Part shown: in pieces, positions 1 through 9,234 of the stretch
How the letters are laid out: each line of letters opens with the position of its first letter
Position numbering within the stretch: position 1 is the first letter of the stretch
NCBI GenBank assembly: GCA_963741205.1
Contig: CAVUHW010000019.1
Coordinates: forward strand, 1 to 25,165
DNA from: Nitrospirota bacterium
GTDB taxonomy: Bacteria; Nitrospirota; UBA9217
Direction of reading: 5' to 3'
Length of the DNA: 25,165 nucleotides
Notes under the pieces: model-generated
What the model saw: only the letters and a program-made list of their open reading frames with translations
Told to the model about the DNA's origin: nothing
Databases searched by the model: none
Translations under genes and position numbers: made by a program

Positions 1-285
1 CGACTCCATCCTGGTATTATTCACACTTGACCAAACTAGCCCATGTGCAATTTTGAAGCAGAGTATTCTGCAATCGCCGACCCATCTTTCACAATTCGAC
101 ATTCGCAATTCGACTCGTCATTGCATACATAGCTGCCTAGTCTGGCTCATATTCGTGTCAAAAGATATCAAGAATACAAAACATGTATTGCAGTTGCGCT
201 AACTATGCACGCATTTTGATATGTTGAGTAATGGTCTACTCAATAACTGGTTCTCCCCTCGTGACGCGATTATTCTGGAGGCTAC

Positions 286-846
286 ATGAAAAAGTTACTC
301 ACTGTTTGGACGATCACTACTTGTGTGCCTATTTTATATATCGCCGGGTATAGCAGACGAACAAAAACCAAAGAAATGGATGGTTGGAACAGAACTCGAT
401 TTGGTCTCCTTATATATTGAAGGATACTGACATGTAGCCGTGGCGGGCTATGGCAAATGGCGGGCCCGATTCGTGCGTACGAACATAACCACGCCTAGCT
501 TCGGCAACGCGATCCGGTTTCGAAGACAACGAGCTGAATGTTAATGCCTTTATTGTCGACGTTACTATTTCAAGGAGGGCTTTCAAGGATGGTGGATCGG
601 TCCAGGTTACGAGAACTGGGATGGAGAAGTCAAGGAGAAGAGCAGCGGGCTCAGGAGGACCTACAGGACGGACATCCTTACACTTGGCGGAGGTTACGCA
701 ATCCGTTTCAACGATTACTTTTATATCAATCCTTGGGCAGCTGTGCACATACCAATTGGTGGTCTAAAGATGTCCAGTTTGTCAATGAAACATTCAAGAT
801 CCGAATAACACCGGAAGCTTCAATCAAGATTGGAATAAACTTTTAG
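286..846 (+). CDS. Small outer-membrane beta-barrel protein (DUF3575-like), frameshifted in this sequence
   Basis: GGAGG RBS then ATG at 286 (MKKLLTVW..., signal-like). Switching frames gives ADEQKPKKWMVGTELDL, GFEDNELNVNAFIVD, FKEGFQGWWIGPGYENWDG, TLGGGYAIRFNDYFYINPWAAVHIPIGG and ITPEASIKIGINF*. These are amphipathic beta strands ending in a C-terminal Phe. Several indels must be assumed. Confidence 0.6.
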
Positions 847-881
847 CATAACATCCGCATATCTGGCTGGTAATTCTCAGC

Positions 882-992
882 CTTAAGTTTGGAAAGAACA
901 TTGCGATCTTGAATTATCGAGATTCAAATGGAAAGTATCACCTGTATGTGAAGGACATAAATGAAGAAGAGTGTTGGCTCCTGAAGGAATAA
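882..992 (+). pseudogene. Orphan 3' end of an unknown gene (probable cassette remnant)
   Basis: Open frame LKFGKNIAILNYRDSNGKYHLYVKDINEEECWLLKE* with no start, stopping 5 nt before the attC-like site. Confidence 0.35.
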
Positions 993-997
993 TCTAA

Positions 998-1058
998 TCA
1001 TAACCTGCGGGTCGAGTCCGACGCGCATACGGCGCGCGTCTCACCCGCGTGGTTCATA
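998..1058 (+). mobile_element. Integron attC-like recombination site
   Basis: R'' TCATAAC (998-1004), 5-nt spacer, L'' GGTCGAG, central GACGCGC...GCGCGTC stem, L' CTCACC, spacer, R' GTTCATA (1052-1058). L'' has one extra base relative to L'. Length is 61 bp and it is a GC-rich island in AT-rich DNA. The R boxes deviate from RYYYAAC/GTTRRRY. Confidence 0.6.
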
Positions 1059-1426
1059 TGCCCTTTATATGATTATCACTTTTCAGCTAGTATTTCGAAT
1101 TGAAATTTTAATCAATACGCATGCAAGCTCGTAGATAAAGTTTCCATTTTTCAAACGTTGCAACTTTAGTGGATTTCATGTGGAATCCGTTGAAGGTTCA
1201 ATCTATCGAAGCTCGCGTGATCGTAGGTGGCTGTGACATCACTAGGATTTGATCGAATTGACGACTATCGTTTGCACCTTTAAACGTTTTGTCCTTCATG
1301 AAGTCGATAAATCCACGATCCTCGAAAAATCAACATTTCGCCAAGAAAAAAACAGAATATTGTTTGACATGAAAACTGAAGCAGCCTAAAATCGAGCGAG
1401 GCTGACGGTATTAAGGGCTACTGCTT

Positions 1427-2156
1427 ATGAACCACTTAATAGCGTACTTGATGATGGTTATCGCTGTTATCATCGGCGGGCTATCGCTCCTTCTTTTTGG
1501 AGTATTTCTTGCCGTCGGGCCCTTTGCCATAGTTCACTTTTATGCCTTGGGACATCAGGTACTCCTGTGGGATGGGTTCCTGTCCATCCTATTTTTCATT
1601 CAGCACAGCGGAATGGTACGCACGTCGTTTCGTAATTGGCTCGCTCTCACCACACCCTGCCATTATCACCCGTCATTCTATGCCATCGCATCTGGAATAA
1701 CACTGACAGCTGTAGTACTCTGTTGGCAACCGACTCAAACGGTTCTCTATGAGGTCACAGGCCTGCTTCGGTTGCTAGCCCGCGCTGTCTCTATCATTGC
1801 CATCGTAGGATTTTCATGGGGCGTGCGGGCGCTCGGAAACTTTGACACATTTGGGTTGGATCCCATCAAGGCTTATCTGCGCGGTAACCGCTTCAACTAC
1901 CAAATTTCGTCGTCCGCGGGCCCTATCTCTGGGTTCGCCATCCGCTTTATTTTTTCGCGCTACTACTCATCTGGTCGTGTCCAGACGTGAATTCGGACAG
2001 ATTGCTTTTTAATATTCTCTGTAACCTCTGGTTGTCTTCGGCTCGTACCTTGAGGAGAAGGATCTTGTCTCCGAGTTTGGGAAAGGTATCGTCAGTACCA
2101 AAAGACAGGTTCCAATGCTGCTTCCTTGGAGAGGACCTGCTGGCCGAGGGTTCTGA
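1427..2156 (+). CDS. Isoprenylcysteine carboxylmethyltransferase-family membrane protein (MddA/nurim/NnrU-like), frameshifted
   Basis: Multiple TM helices and motifs LFFIQHSGM and CWQP. After a frameshift near 1890 it reads FVVRGPYLWVRHPLY, later YLEEKDLVSEFG and QVPMLLPWRGPAGRGF* (TGA 2154-2156), which are PEMT/ICMT family signatures. Confidence 0.75.
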
Positions 2157-2491
2157 AGATCATGGATAGCGCTCAAGATTGATTACATAGAACATTTTGC
2201 CGGCTGCACAATTGTATATTGCTACGATAAGCATCCTGATGTTTAAAGACAATAAATATTAGTGGTAATTTCCAGTGCGATATCATCCTGAACTTGTTGT
2301 TTTGTTCATCATCGCATGACCGCATCTTCCTACCCGAAATTAAAAGTTAATAATTATTATAACAGCAATATATTGTTGCATGGCTGCGCAAGAAAAGCCG
2401 TGCCATGATATACTCAAAGAAAAACTAACGCACGCAACCCTTAAACTTAAGTCTGAGTAAGGGGTATTATTCTTTTGTTCCGGAGGGGAAA

Positions 2492-3112
2492 ATGTCACGT
2501 TCAGGTGTAATAGCCGCTATCTTTATCATTACTTTCCTTTTCATGTGTCTCATTGCTTTCTTTGTTCCGGGATGGCTCGGACGAGGGACAACGTTCCTGG
2601 TCATAGCTCTGATCGCACTTGGCTTTGTCCTTGCCGCCATACTCTCGGCAGTTGTAACGAAGCAGATCAAAGCGCAACCAATTCAGCAGCCTGTCCCCGG
2701 GGAACCCGAAAAACCCGCGATAGCGGCTTCAGCAGTCGACGAGAAAGCCGTGCAGATCCTTTCGATCCTGCAAAAGAAGGGTCGTCTTATAGATTTTCTC
2801 CAGGAGGATATCAGTGGCTATCAGGACAGCCAGATCGGCGCCGCAGTGAGGAATATTCACAAGGGCTGCAGAGAGGCTCTCGCCGAATACTTTACGCTCA
2901 AGCCGGTAATGAAAGAAGCCGAGGGTGCGCAGGTGGCGGTCGAAAAAGGTTTCGATCCATCAGCTGTCCGCCTTACCGGGAATGTCGTCGGCAGTCCTCC
3001 TTTTAAAGGAAAACTTACTCACAGCGGCTGGAGGGTAATAAAAACGAGCCTGCCTCCCATTCCGCAAAATCAGGATACGAGTATCATAGAGCCGGCAGAA
3101 GTTGAACTCTAG
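2492..3112 (+). CDS. DUF2760 domain membrane protein
   Basis: Two N-terminal TM helices. AVQILSILQKKGRLIDFLQEDI, IGAAVRNIHKGC, VRLTGNVVGSPPFKGKLTHSGW and IIEPAEVEL match DUF2760. GGAGG RBS and the usual position upstream of an Hsp70 pair. Confidence 0.9.
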   Translation: MSRSGVIAAIFIITFLFMCLIAFFVPGWLGRGTTFLVIALIALGFVLAAILSAVVTKQIKAQPIQQPVPGEPEKPAIAASAVDEKAVQILSILQKKGRLIDFLQEDISGYQDSQIGAAVRNIHKGCREALAEYFTLKPVMKEAEGAQVAVEKGFDPSAVRLTGNVVGSPPFKGKLTHSGWRVIKTSLPPIPQNQDTSIIEPAEVEL

Positions 3113-3194
3113 CTTTGATCCCATGAAAGGCCTCACATTTCACGGCCTATAGAGACCTCTGTGGCAGAAATGTTTTTACATGATAGGAGATTCA

Positions 3195-5027
3195 ATGAAA
3201 CAGAATTCACGGTATATCGTCGGCATTGACCTGGGGACAACGAACTGTGTTGTCTCTTTCATCGATAAAGAAAAAAGCATGGATCAGCCCCAGACGGAGC
3301 TGTTCAGGATTCTCCAAGTGACCGACTCCGGCGTTGTGGAAGAAAAGGAAATACTCCCCTCGTTCCTCTACATTCCCTCTGAAGCGGAGCTTCCGGAGAA
3401 GAGTCTCTCTCTGCCCTGGGCTCAAGAGATGGGTTTTACCGTCGGAACGTTCGCGCGCAGAAGAGGCGCCGAAGTCCCCCTTCGCCTGGTCTCCTCTTCG
3501 AAATCATGGCTCTGTTATCCTAATATCGACAAGACCTCGCCGCTTCTTCCCTGGAATGCCCCGGAAGAGATCCACAAGATCTCACCCCTGGAGGCCTCGT
3601 CGTACCTTCTGGAACACATCAGGAATGCGTGGAATTATTCGATTGCCAGGGACAATGAAGATCTTCTCCTGGAAAAGCAGGAGATCTTCATAACCGTTCC
3701 CGCTTCGTTCGATGCCCTTGCGAGGGAACTCACGGTGAGGGCAGCGGAATCGGCCGGTATTCCGAAGTCCACTCTGCTTGAGGAGCCTCAGGCCGCATTT
3801 TATGCATGGATAAATCGCAGAGATCAGGAATGGCGTAACCAGGCTAAAGTGGGCGATATGATCCTGGTTTGCGATATCGGCGGAGGCACAACCGATTTCA
3901 GCCTGATCGAAGTAGAGGACGAGGAAGGGGAACTTGCGCTCAAGAGAGTCGCTGTCGGAGAACATATTCTTCTCGGCGGGGACAACATGGACCTGACCCT
4001 TGCCTGGTCGGTGAAAAAACATTTCTCCGAAAAAAAAATAAACCTCGATACGCGCCAGATGCTCGGCCTCGTTTACAGCAGCAGGGAAGCGAAAGAGAAA
4101 ATGCTCAGTGATCCCAAATGCAAGGCACTGCCCGTGGTGATTCTGGGAAGAGGGAAAAGCGTCGTGGGCGGCACCCTGGAAACGGAGCTCAAGCGGACCG
4201 AAGTCGAAGAAACGATCATAGAGGGGTTCTTTCCCGAATGCAGCATAGACGATTCTCCCCAGGAGCGGAAGGCCTCCGGTTTCAGGGAACTGGGTCTTCA
4301 GTACGCAACGGATACTGCAATTACAAAATATCTGGCTCGTTTCCTGAGACTTCATGCCGAAAAAAAAGGGGCGGAAAAATTTATCCATCCGACGAAGCTC
4401 CTCTTTAACGGAGGAGTGACAAAGGCCCTTTCCATACGGAACCGGATCGTCGACGTCGTAAATAAATGGCTTGCATCGGACAAAGGAGCGCCGGTTGAAG
4501 TCCTCACCGGAAACGATCCCGATCTGGCCGTGGGGATAGGCGCCGCGTATTACGGCTTTGCAAAAAAGGGCAAGGGAATACGGATCAGGGCCGGAGCGGG
4601 CAGGTCGTATTATATCGGCATAGAGTCCTCGATGCCCGCCATACCGGGAATGGCTCCGCCGATAAAGGCCCTCTGTGTCGTTCCTTTCGGGATGGAGGAG
4701 GGTTCAGATTTTGCGATAACGGGTCATGAATTCGGACTGGTAATAGGAAAACAGGCGGTGTTCCGTTTTCTCTCCTCGACCGTGCGAAAAGAGGACATCG
4801 CAGGCGTCGTGGTCGAGGAATGGGACGAGAGCGAGATTGGAGAACTGGCTCCTTTGGAAACGACCCTCCGGGCGGAAGGCACTGAGTCGGGCACTGTTGT
4901 CCCGGTGAGGCTCCACAGTTATCTGACCGAGACGGGTTCGCTTGAACTCTGGTGCGAGGCAACCGACGGGACCGACCGGTGGAAGCTGGAGTTCAATGTA
5001 AGAGAGGAAAGGAAAAATGCCGCGTAA
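3195..5027 (+). CDS. Atypical Hsp70-family ATPase (DUF2760-associated)
   Basis: GIDLGTTN, ITVPASFD, LEEPQAAFY, DIGGGTTDF and LLGGDNMD actin-like ATPase motifs. ATG at 3195 has an AGGAGA RBS. No DnaK linker or canonical substrate-binding domain is seen. Confidence 0.92.
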   Translation: MKQNSRYIVGIDLGTTNCVVSFIDKEKSMDQPQTELFRILQVTDSGVVEEKEILPSFLYIPSEAELPEKSLSLPWAQEMGFTVGTFARRRGAEVPLRLVSSSKSWLCYPNIDKTSPLLPWNAPEEIHKISPLEASSYLLEHIRNAWNYSIARDNEDLLLEKQEIFITVPASFDALARELTVRAAESAGIPKSTLLEEPQAAFYAWINRRDQEWRNQAKVGDMILVCDIGGGTTDFSLIEVEDEEGELALKRVAVGEHILLGGDNMDLTLAWSVKKHFSEKKINLDTRQMLGLVYSSREAKEKMLSDPKCKALPVVILGRGKSVVGGTLETELKRTEVEETIIEGFFPECSIDDSPQERKASGFRELGLQYATDTAITKYLARFLRLHAEKKGAEKFIHPTKLLFNGGVTKALSIRNRIVDVVNKWLASDKGAPVEVLTGNDPDLAVGIGAAYYGFAKKGKGIRIRAGAGRSYYIGIESSMPAIPGMAPPIKALCVVPFGMEEGSDFAITGHEFGLVIGKQAVFRFLSSTVRKEDIAGVVVEEWDESEIGELAPLETTLRAEGTESGTVVPVRLHSYLTETGSLELWCEATDGTDRWKLEFNVREERKNAA

Positions 5028-5034
5028 ATAATTT

Positions 5035-5300
5035 CACCATAGAGGACACAAAGTTCACGGAGAAAGGCGAACTGAGGTCTCGTGCAAAGCCGCCAGACGC
5101 AAAGAAAGTCCAACAACGGCGTCTTTAGAAAGGTCCCAGTGTTTTGATGCGAAGACATTGCATCAAGCTCTTATTTTTCATTCTATTATTACGGTTTGCC
5201 ATTCTTGTGAAGCTTCGCTTACTTTGCAACTTTGCGTCTTTGCGCGAATATATTCATTGAGGAATCGCATTTCGTTTTTATCTCTGTCATCTCTGTGGTT
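5035..5300. repeat. Nested imperfect inverted repeats (REP/MITE-like) in the intergenic region
   Basis: Inner pair TCGTGCAAAGCCGCCAGACGCAAAG (5080-5104) and CTTTGCAACTTTGCGTCTTTGCGCGA (5222-5247). Looser outer pair CACCATAGAGGACACAAAG (5035-5053) and TCTCTGTCATCTCTGTGGTT (5281-5300). Confidence 0.5.
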
Positions 5301-5319
5301 TATTCTTTATGGAGTTTAA

Positions 5320-8139
5320 ATGAATCGTAGTTCGCGTTTTGTAATCGGGATCGATCTGGGCACCACCAATTCGACGCTCTCCTATATCGACAGGTCGAGC
5401 GGCCCTGAGATAAAGACCTTCAACATCCCCCAGCTTGTCGATGCAGGTGAAATCAAAAGCGTATCTGCACTACCCTCCTTTATGTATCTCCCGGGTGAAT
5501 ACGAATTGTCGCCAGGCAGCACGGCCCTGTCATGGGACAAGGACCGCACTTACATCGTCGGTGAATTCGCCAAGCTGCAGGGAACCCGCGTTCCTTCCAA
5601 CCTCGTTACGTCGGCAAAGTCATGGCTCAGCTATAACCGCGTTGACCGGGAAGGCCCCATTCTCCCGTGGGGAAAAGAGACCTCTGCAAAACGCGTTTCT
5701 CCGGTAGAGGCCTCCGCACGGTATCTTCTGCACATGAAAGAGGCCTGGAATTATCTCATGGCCGGAAAGGAAAAAGAAAACTCGTTTGAAAACCAGCAGG
5801 TGGTCATTACGATTCCCGCCTCATTCGATGAGACCGCACGAGAACTGACCGCAGAATCCGCCCGGAAAGCAGGGATTGAAAACTTCACCATGCTGGAAGA
5901 GCCTCAGGCCGCCTTTTATGCGTGGCTTTCGCGTAATTCAGACAACTGGCAGGAACTGATCAGAAAGGGAAGCCTGATCCTCGTTCTTGATGTCGGAGGA
6001 GGCACAACCGATTTTACCCTGATCTTCGCAGACCAAAAAGAGGGCAAACCCTATTTACGACGTGTCGCGGTTGGAGATCATCTGATGCTCGGCGGGGACA
6101 ATATGGACCTCACCCTTGCCAGACTGATCGAGAAGAAACTCCTGCCCTCGGGCAAATTCGATATGACGCAATGGCTCTCCGCAGTTTACCAGTGCCGTAC
6201 TGCCAAAGAAGAGTTGCTGGGAGACGCAGCGCGGAACTCGTTTACCATTACCGTCCTGGGGAGGGGAAAAGGCGTAGTCGGCGGAACGCTCGAAGGAGAG
6301 CTTTCTCATGACGAAGTGGAAGAGACCGTGCTGAACGGCTTTTTCGGGAAAGTATCAGCCGCCGATGACGTCCGCACAACAGTTTCTTCCGGGCTTCAGG
6401 AATTAGGCCTTCCCTTTGTGTCCGATACGGAAGTGATGCGGCATCTCTCGTCTTTTCTCAAGAGACACACCGCCGACCGGGAGCTGCCCATGGTTAAGGA
6501 AAATGGAATCGAGATAGTCAGGCCCGACGTTCTCCTTTTCAATGGTGGCGTGTTCAGGTCAAGGGCCATAAGGGAGCGTGTCGCCGAATTGCTCAGGGAG
6601 TGGTTTTCAGACGGGCAGTGGACGCTCGATATTCTGGAAAACGAGAAGTATGACCAGGCAGTTTCGATTGGGGCGGCGTACTACGGGCTTGTCCTGCGCG
6701 GCAAAGGAGCCCGGATCTCAGGCGGAGCAGGAAGGGCTTACTACATCGGAGTGGAGATGCAGACTGAAGCAGAACAACAGGGATTGAAGGACACGGTCAC
6801 GGTGGTCTGCCTTCTGGCCAGGGGCATGGAGGCCGGAGAGGAGATAAAGCTTCACGATCCTAAGTTCCAGGCCCTGACCAACAGCCCCGTAAGCTTCGCC
6901 GTTTTTTCATCAAGCTATCGCGCCGGAGACAGACCCGGCGATATAATAACTACGCGCAGCGATGAGTTCATCGAACTTCCGCCTGTGAAGACGGTCCTGC
7001 ATTTCGGGAAGAAAGCCGGGGCTGCACGGATACCCGTTTCCCTCGGGATAAAGCTGAATGAGTTTGGGACCCTGGACGTCTGGTGCGAGTCGAGAAATAC
7101 ACCTCATCGCTGGAAACTGGCATTCCAGCTCAGGATGGAGGCAGAGATCGAGAAGGCGCAGCCTCATCCCGTCGGTAGAGACCTCCCTACAATTGAAGAT
7201 TCCGCAATCGAAGACGCAGTGGAGATTATGGACAGGGCCTTCCGCGGCAGCGAAAAAGAGATTACGATGGAAAATGTGATAAAGAAAATGGCTGAGGCGA
7301 TCGGTCTTGGAAAGAACAGCTGGCCTTTTATTGTCATCAGGAAAATCTGGGACCGCCTGATCACTCTTAAAGATCGGAGATTTGCACTGCCCGAGATCGA
7401 GGCGAGATGGCTTAACCTTTCCGGCTTTCTCCTCAGACCGGGCTTCGGGTATCAGCTGGATGACTGGCGGACGAAAGAGCTTTGGAAAATCTTCGATGCG
7501 GGTCCTGCCTTTCCCAATGACGCGCGGTGCAGGCTCGAGTGGTGGATACAGTGGAGGCGTGTGGCAGCGGGCCTTGATGATAAAAACCAGGAGGTGATAT
7601 TCAGGAAAATCGCACTGTGGCTGTTGCCATCAAAAAAAAGAGCGGGACTCAAAAAAGTCCCTGATGCCGAGTTGAATGAACTCTGGATGCTTGCCGCAAG
7701 TCTGGAGCGGCTTTCTCCTGATACAAAGATCGAACTGGGAAATGAGCTGATGAGGACAAAAAAGAAGTGGAAGGGAAAATCGACGACCCATTACTACTGG
7801 GCGCTTTCCAGACTCGGAGCAAGGGTCCCGTTTCACGGCCCGGTTGAAAGAACCGTACCCAGGGAAGTCGTAGAACAGTGGATCCGCGAACTCCTGGATA
7901 TGCGATGGGAACATCCGAAAGATACCGTTTATGCGTTGACCCAACTGGCGCGAAAAACAGGGGACCGGGCCAGGGACATTGATGAGGAACTGATAAGCAG
8001 GATTGTTGAAAAGCTCTCCGGCCATGATTGGGCAGAACGGTCGAGCCGCCAGATTACGAACGTACTCCCACTGGAAGAGGAGGATGAAAGGGAGATATTC
8101 GGTGAATCACTGCCTGCCGGGTTGTCTATTGCGGCGTAG
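5320..8139 (+). CDS. Hsp70-family protein with C-terminal DUF3731 domain
   Basis: Same Hsp70 ATPase motifs as the upstream paralog, plus a Trp-rich C-terminal extension (RWLNLSGFLLRPGFG, EWWIQWRRVAAGL, WALSRLGARVPFHG, LARKTGDRARDI, IFGESLPAGL). Confidence 0.92.
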   Translation: MNRSSRFVIGIDLGTTNSTLSYIDRSSGPEIKTFNIPQLVDAGEIKSVSALPSFMYLPGEYELSPGSTALSWDKDRTYIVGEFAKLQGTRVPSNLVTSAKSWLSYNRVDREGPILPWGKETSAKRVSPVEASARYLLHMKEAWNYLMAGKEKENSFENQQVVITIPASFDETARELTAESARKAGIENFTMLEEPQAAFYAWLSRNSDNWQELIRKGSLILVLDVGGGTTDFTLIFADQKEGKPYLRRVAVGDHLMLGGDNMDLTLARLIEKKLLPSGKFDMTQWLSAVYQCRTAKEELLGDAARNSFTITVLGRGKGVVGGTLEGELSHDEVEETVLNGFFGKVSAADDVRTTVSSGLQELGLPFVSDTEVMRHLSSFLKRHTADRELPMVKENGIEIVRPDVLLFNGGVFRSRAIRERVAELLREWFSDGQWTLDILENEKYDQAVSIGAAYYGLVLRGKGARISGGAGRAYYIGVEMQTEAEQQGLKDTVTVVCLLARGMEAGEEIKLHDPKFQALTNSPVSFAVFSSSYRAGDRPGDIITTRSDEFIELPPVKTVLHFGKKAGAARIPVSLGIKLNEFGTLDVWCESRNTPHRWKLAFQLRMEAEIEKAQPHPVGRDLPTIEDSAIEDAVEIMDRAFRGSEKEITMENVIKKMAEAIGLGKNSWPFIVIRKIWDRLITLKDRRFALPEIEARWLNLSGFLLRPGFGYQLDDWRTKELWKIFDAGPAFPNDARCRLEWWIQWRRVAAGLDDKNQEVIFRKIALWLLPSKKRAGLKKVPDAELNELWMLAASLERLSPDTKIELGNELMRTKKKWKGKSTTHYYWALSRLGARVPFHGPVERTVPREVVEQWIRELLDMRWEHPKDTVYALTQLARKTGDRARDIDEELISRIVEKLSGHDWAERSSRQITNVLPLEEEDEREIFGESLPAGLSIAA

Positions 8140-8717
8140 AAATCAGTTTGCGCTGCTGCTTGTTGACCTCGCTACGCTGGCTGCTCCGACTTGTGTTGCA
8201 TTGCTTCAGTTCGGCGCAAGTCTCACGAGCCTGGCTGTACTTGATCGACAATGAAAAATGCCAGCAATTCGGGATAAAACTTGGACCTACCCGACAATTT
8301 CTAAAATATATACCGTCAGGCAATCATATATTCGCCCGTTTTATGGCCGCCTTTTCTTGCCATGAGATTCCGCCGAATGAGCGGTTTGATAATATTGTTC
8401 AACCGTATTTCACGACTTTTTCCACGAAGTACGATCACGATGTTGTAGGTGTGGTCGATGACCGCGAGAATATCGAAGTTCGCAGTTTTACCAACCGGGC
8501 TCAGCCGTGAGCTTGTAGATAGATTCTGCAAATTCCAATAATTGAAACTCATGCGAAGTACAGGTGCGCTTCTGTATCTACTATTTATCAGTTGCCATGC
8601 CAACCTTGTATGTGACGGTATTGTGTAATCGGATGTTTTTATCAAAAGGACCGCTTTCTGAATATCTGAACATTGACCCCAGGGAAGTGGTTCAATTTTA
8701 GAAAATGAGGGAAAAAT

Positions 8718-8946
8718 GCGGGGGTAACTTTAGGGGTAACAAGCAAAATTGCATTGGATATTATTACATTGTTTCAATGGATTGGACAAACAATTTGATT
8801 CCCGTTGGGCCACCATTTGATAGTCTAAAGAAGTCCGATTTAGTCCATAAGCCCCTTGAAAAAGGGGCTTTTTCTGTTATTATTTTCCATCTAGGTTTCT
8901 TCGTGATCGTTGACATTTGGGGGTTACGGGTAATATCAGGGGTAAC
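8718..8946 (+). mobile_element. Integrase attachment-site remnant: tRNA/tmRNA 3' fragment flanked by arm-type repeats
   Basis: TTGATTCCCGTTGGGCCACCA (8795-8815) resembles a T-loop/acceptor/CCA end. GGGGTAAC direct repeats lie at 8721, 8733 and 8939, with variants at 8920-8934. Adjacent to an integrase fragment. Confidence 0.6.
8849..8873 (+). terminator. Hairpin / intrinsic terminator downstream of the att core
   Basis: AAGCCCCTT-GAAA-AAGGGGCTT followed by TTT. Confidence 0.55.
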
Positions 8947-8976
8947 ACGATCCAGGCAGCAACCAGTTACTCCTAC

Positions 8977-9195
8977 CGCGAGTGGCACGAAAAGTTTAAA
9001 CAGAGATGGACAGAGGTACATGCGAAAACGACAATCCGGCGGTTGGAGCTAGATGTTTTCCCCTGGCTCGGGACACGGCCTATCGGTGAGATCAAGGCCC
9101 CGGAGCTGCTCGCGGTCCTGCGCCGTGTCGAGTCAAGAGGGGCACAGGAAACGGCTCACAGGCTCAGGACCATCTGCGGGCAGGTATTCCGTTAA
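8977..9195 (+). pseudogene. P4-family tyrosine integrase fragment (core-binding domain only)
   Basis: REWHEKFKQRWTEVHAKTTIRRLELDVFPWLGTRPIGEIKAPELLAVLRRVESRGAQETAHRLRTICGQVFR is typical of P4/IntA-type integrases. The arm-binding and catalytic domains are absent. Confidence 0.88.
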
Positions 9196-9234
9196 TAGAA
9201 AGGGACTGGTCATCCAGGCCCCCTATCTTATCGC

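Noticed and set aside
198-229. Second attC (GCTAAC...GTTGAGT) upstream of the OMP gene
   Set aside because: Too short (~32 bp) and lacks paired L boxes.
3195-8139. Calling the Hsp70 genes dnaK or hscA
   Set aside because: No DnaK linker or substrate-binding domain and no dnaJ/grpE/isc context. They belong to the DUF2760/DUF3731-associated group.
8140-8645. ORFs 8148..8510 (+) and 8316..8645 (-), and a possible MITE-like remnant at 8140-8240
   Set aside because: No recognisable motif or RBS and the coding strand cannot be decided. The repeat resemblance is too weak to support.
8795-8815. tRNA gene
   Set aside because: Only a degenerate 3' fragment with no D or anticodon arm upstream. Treated as an att core.
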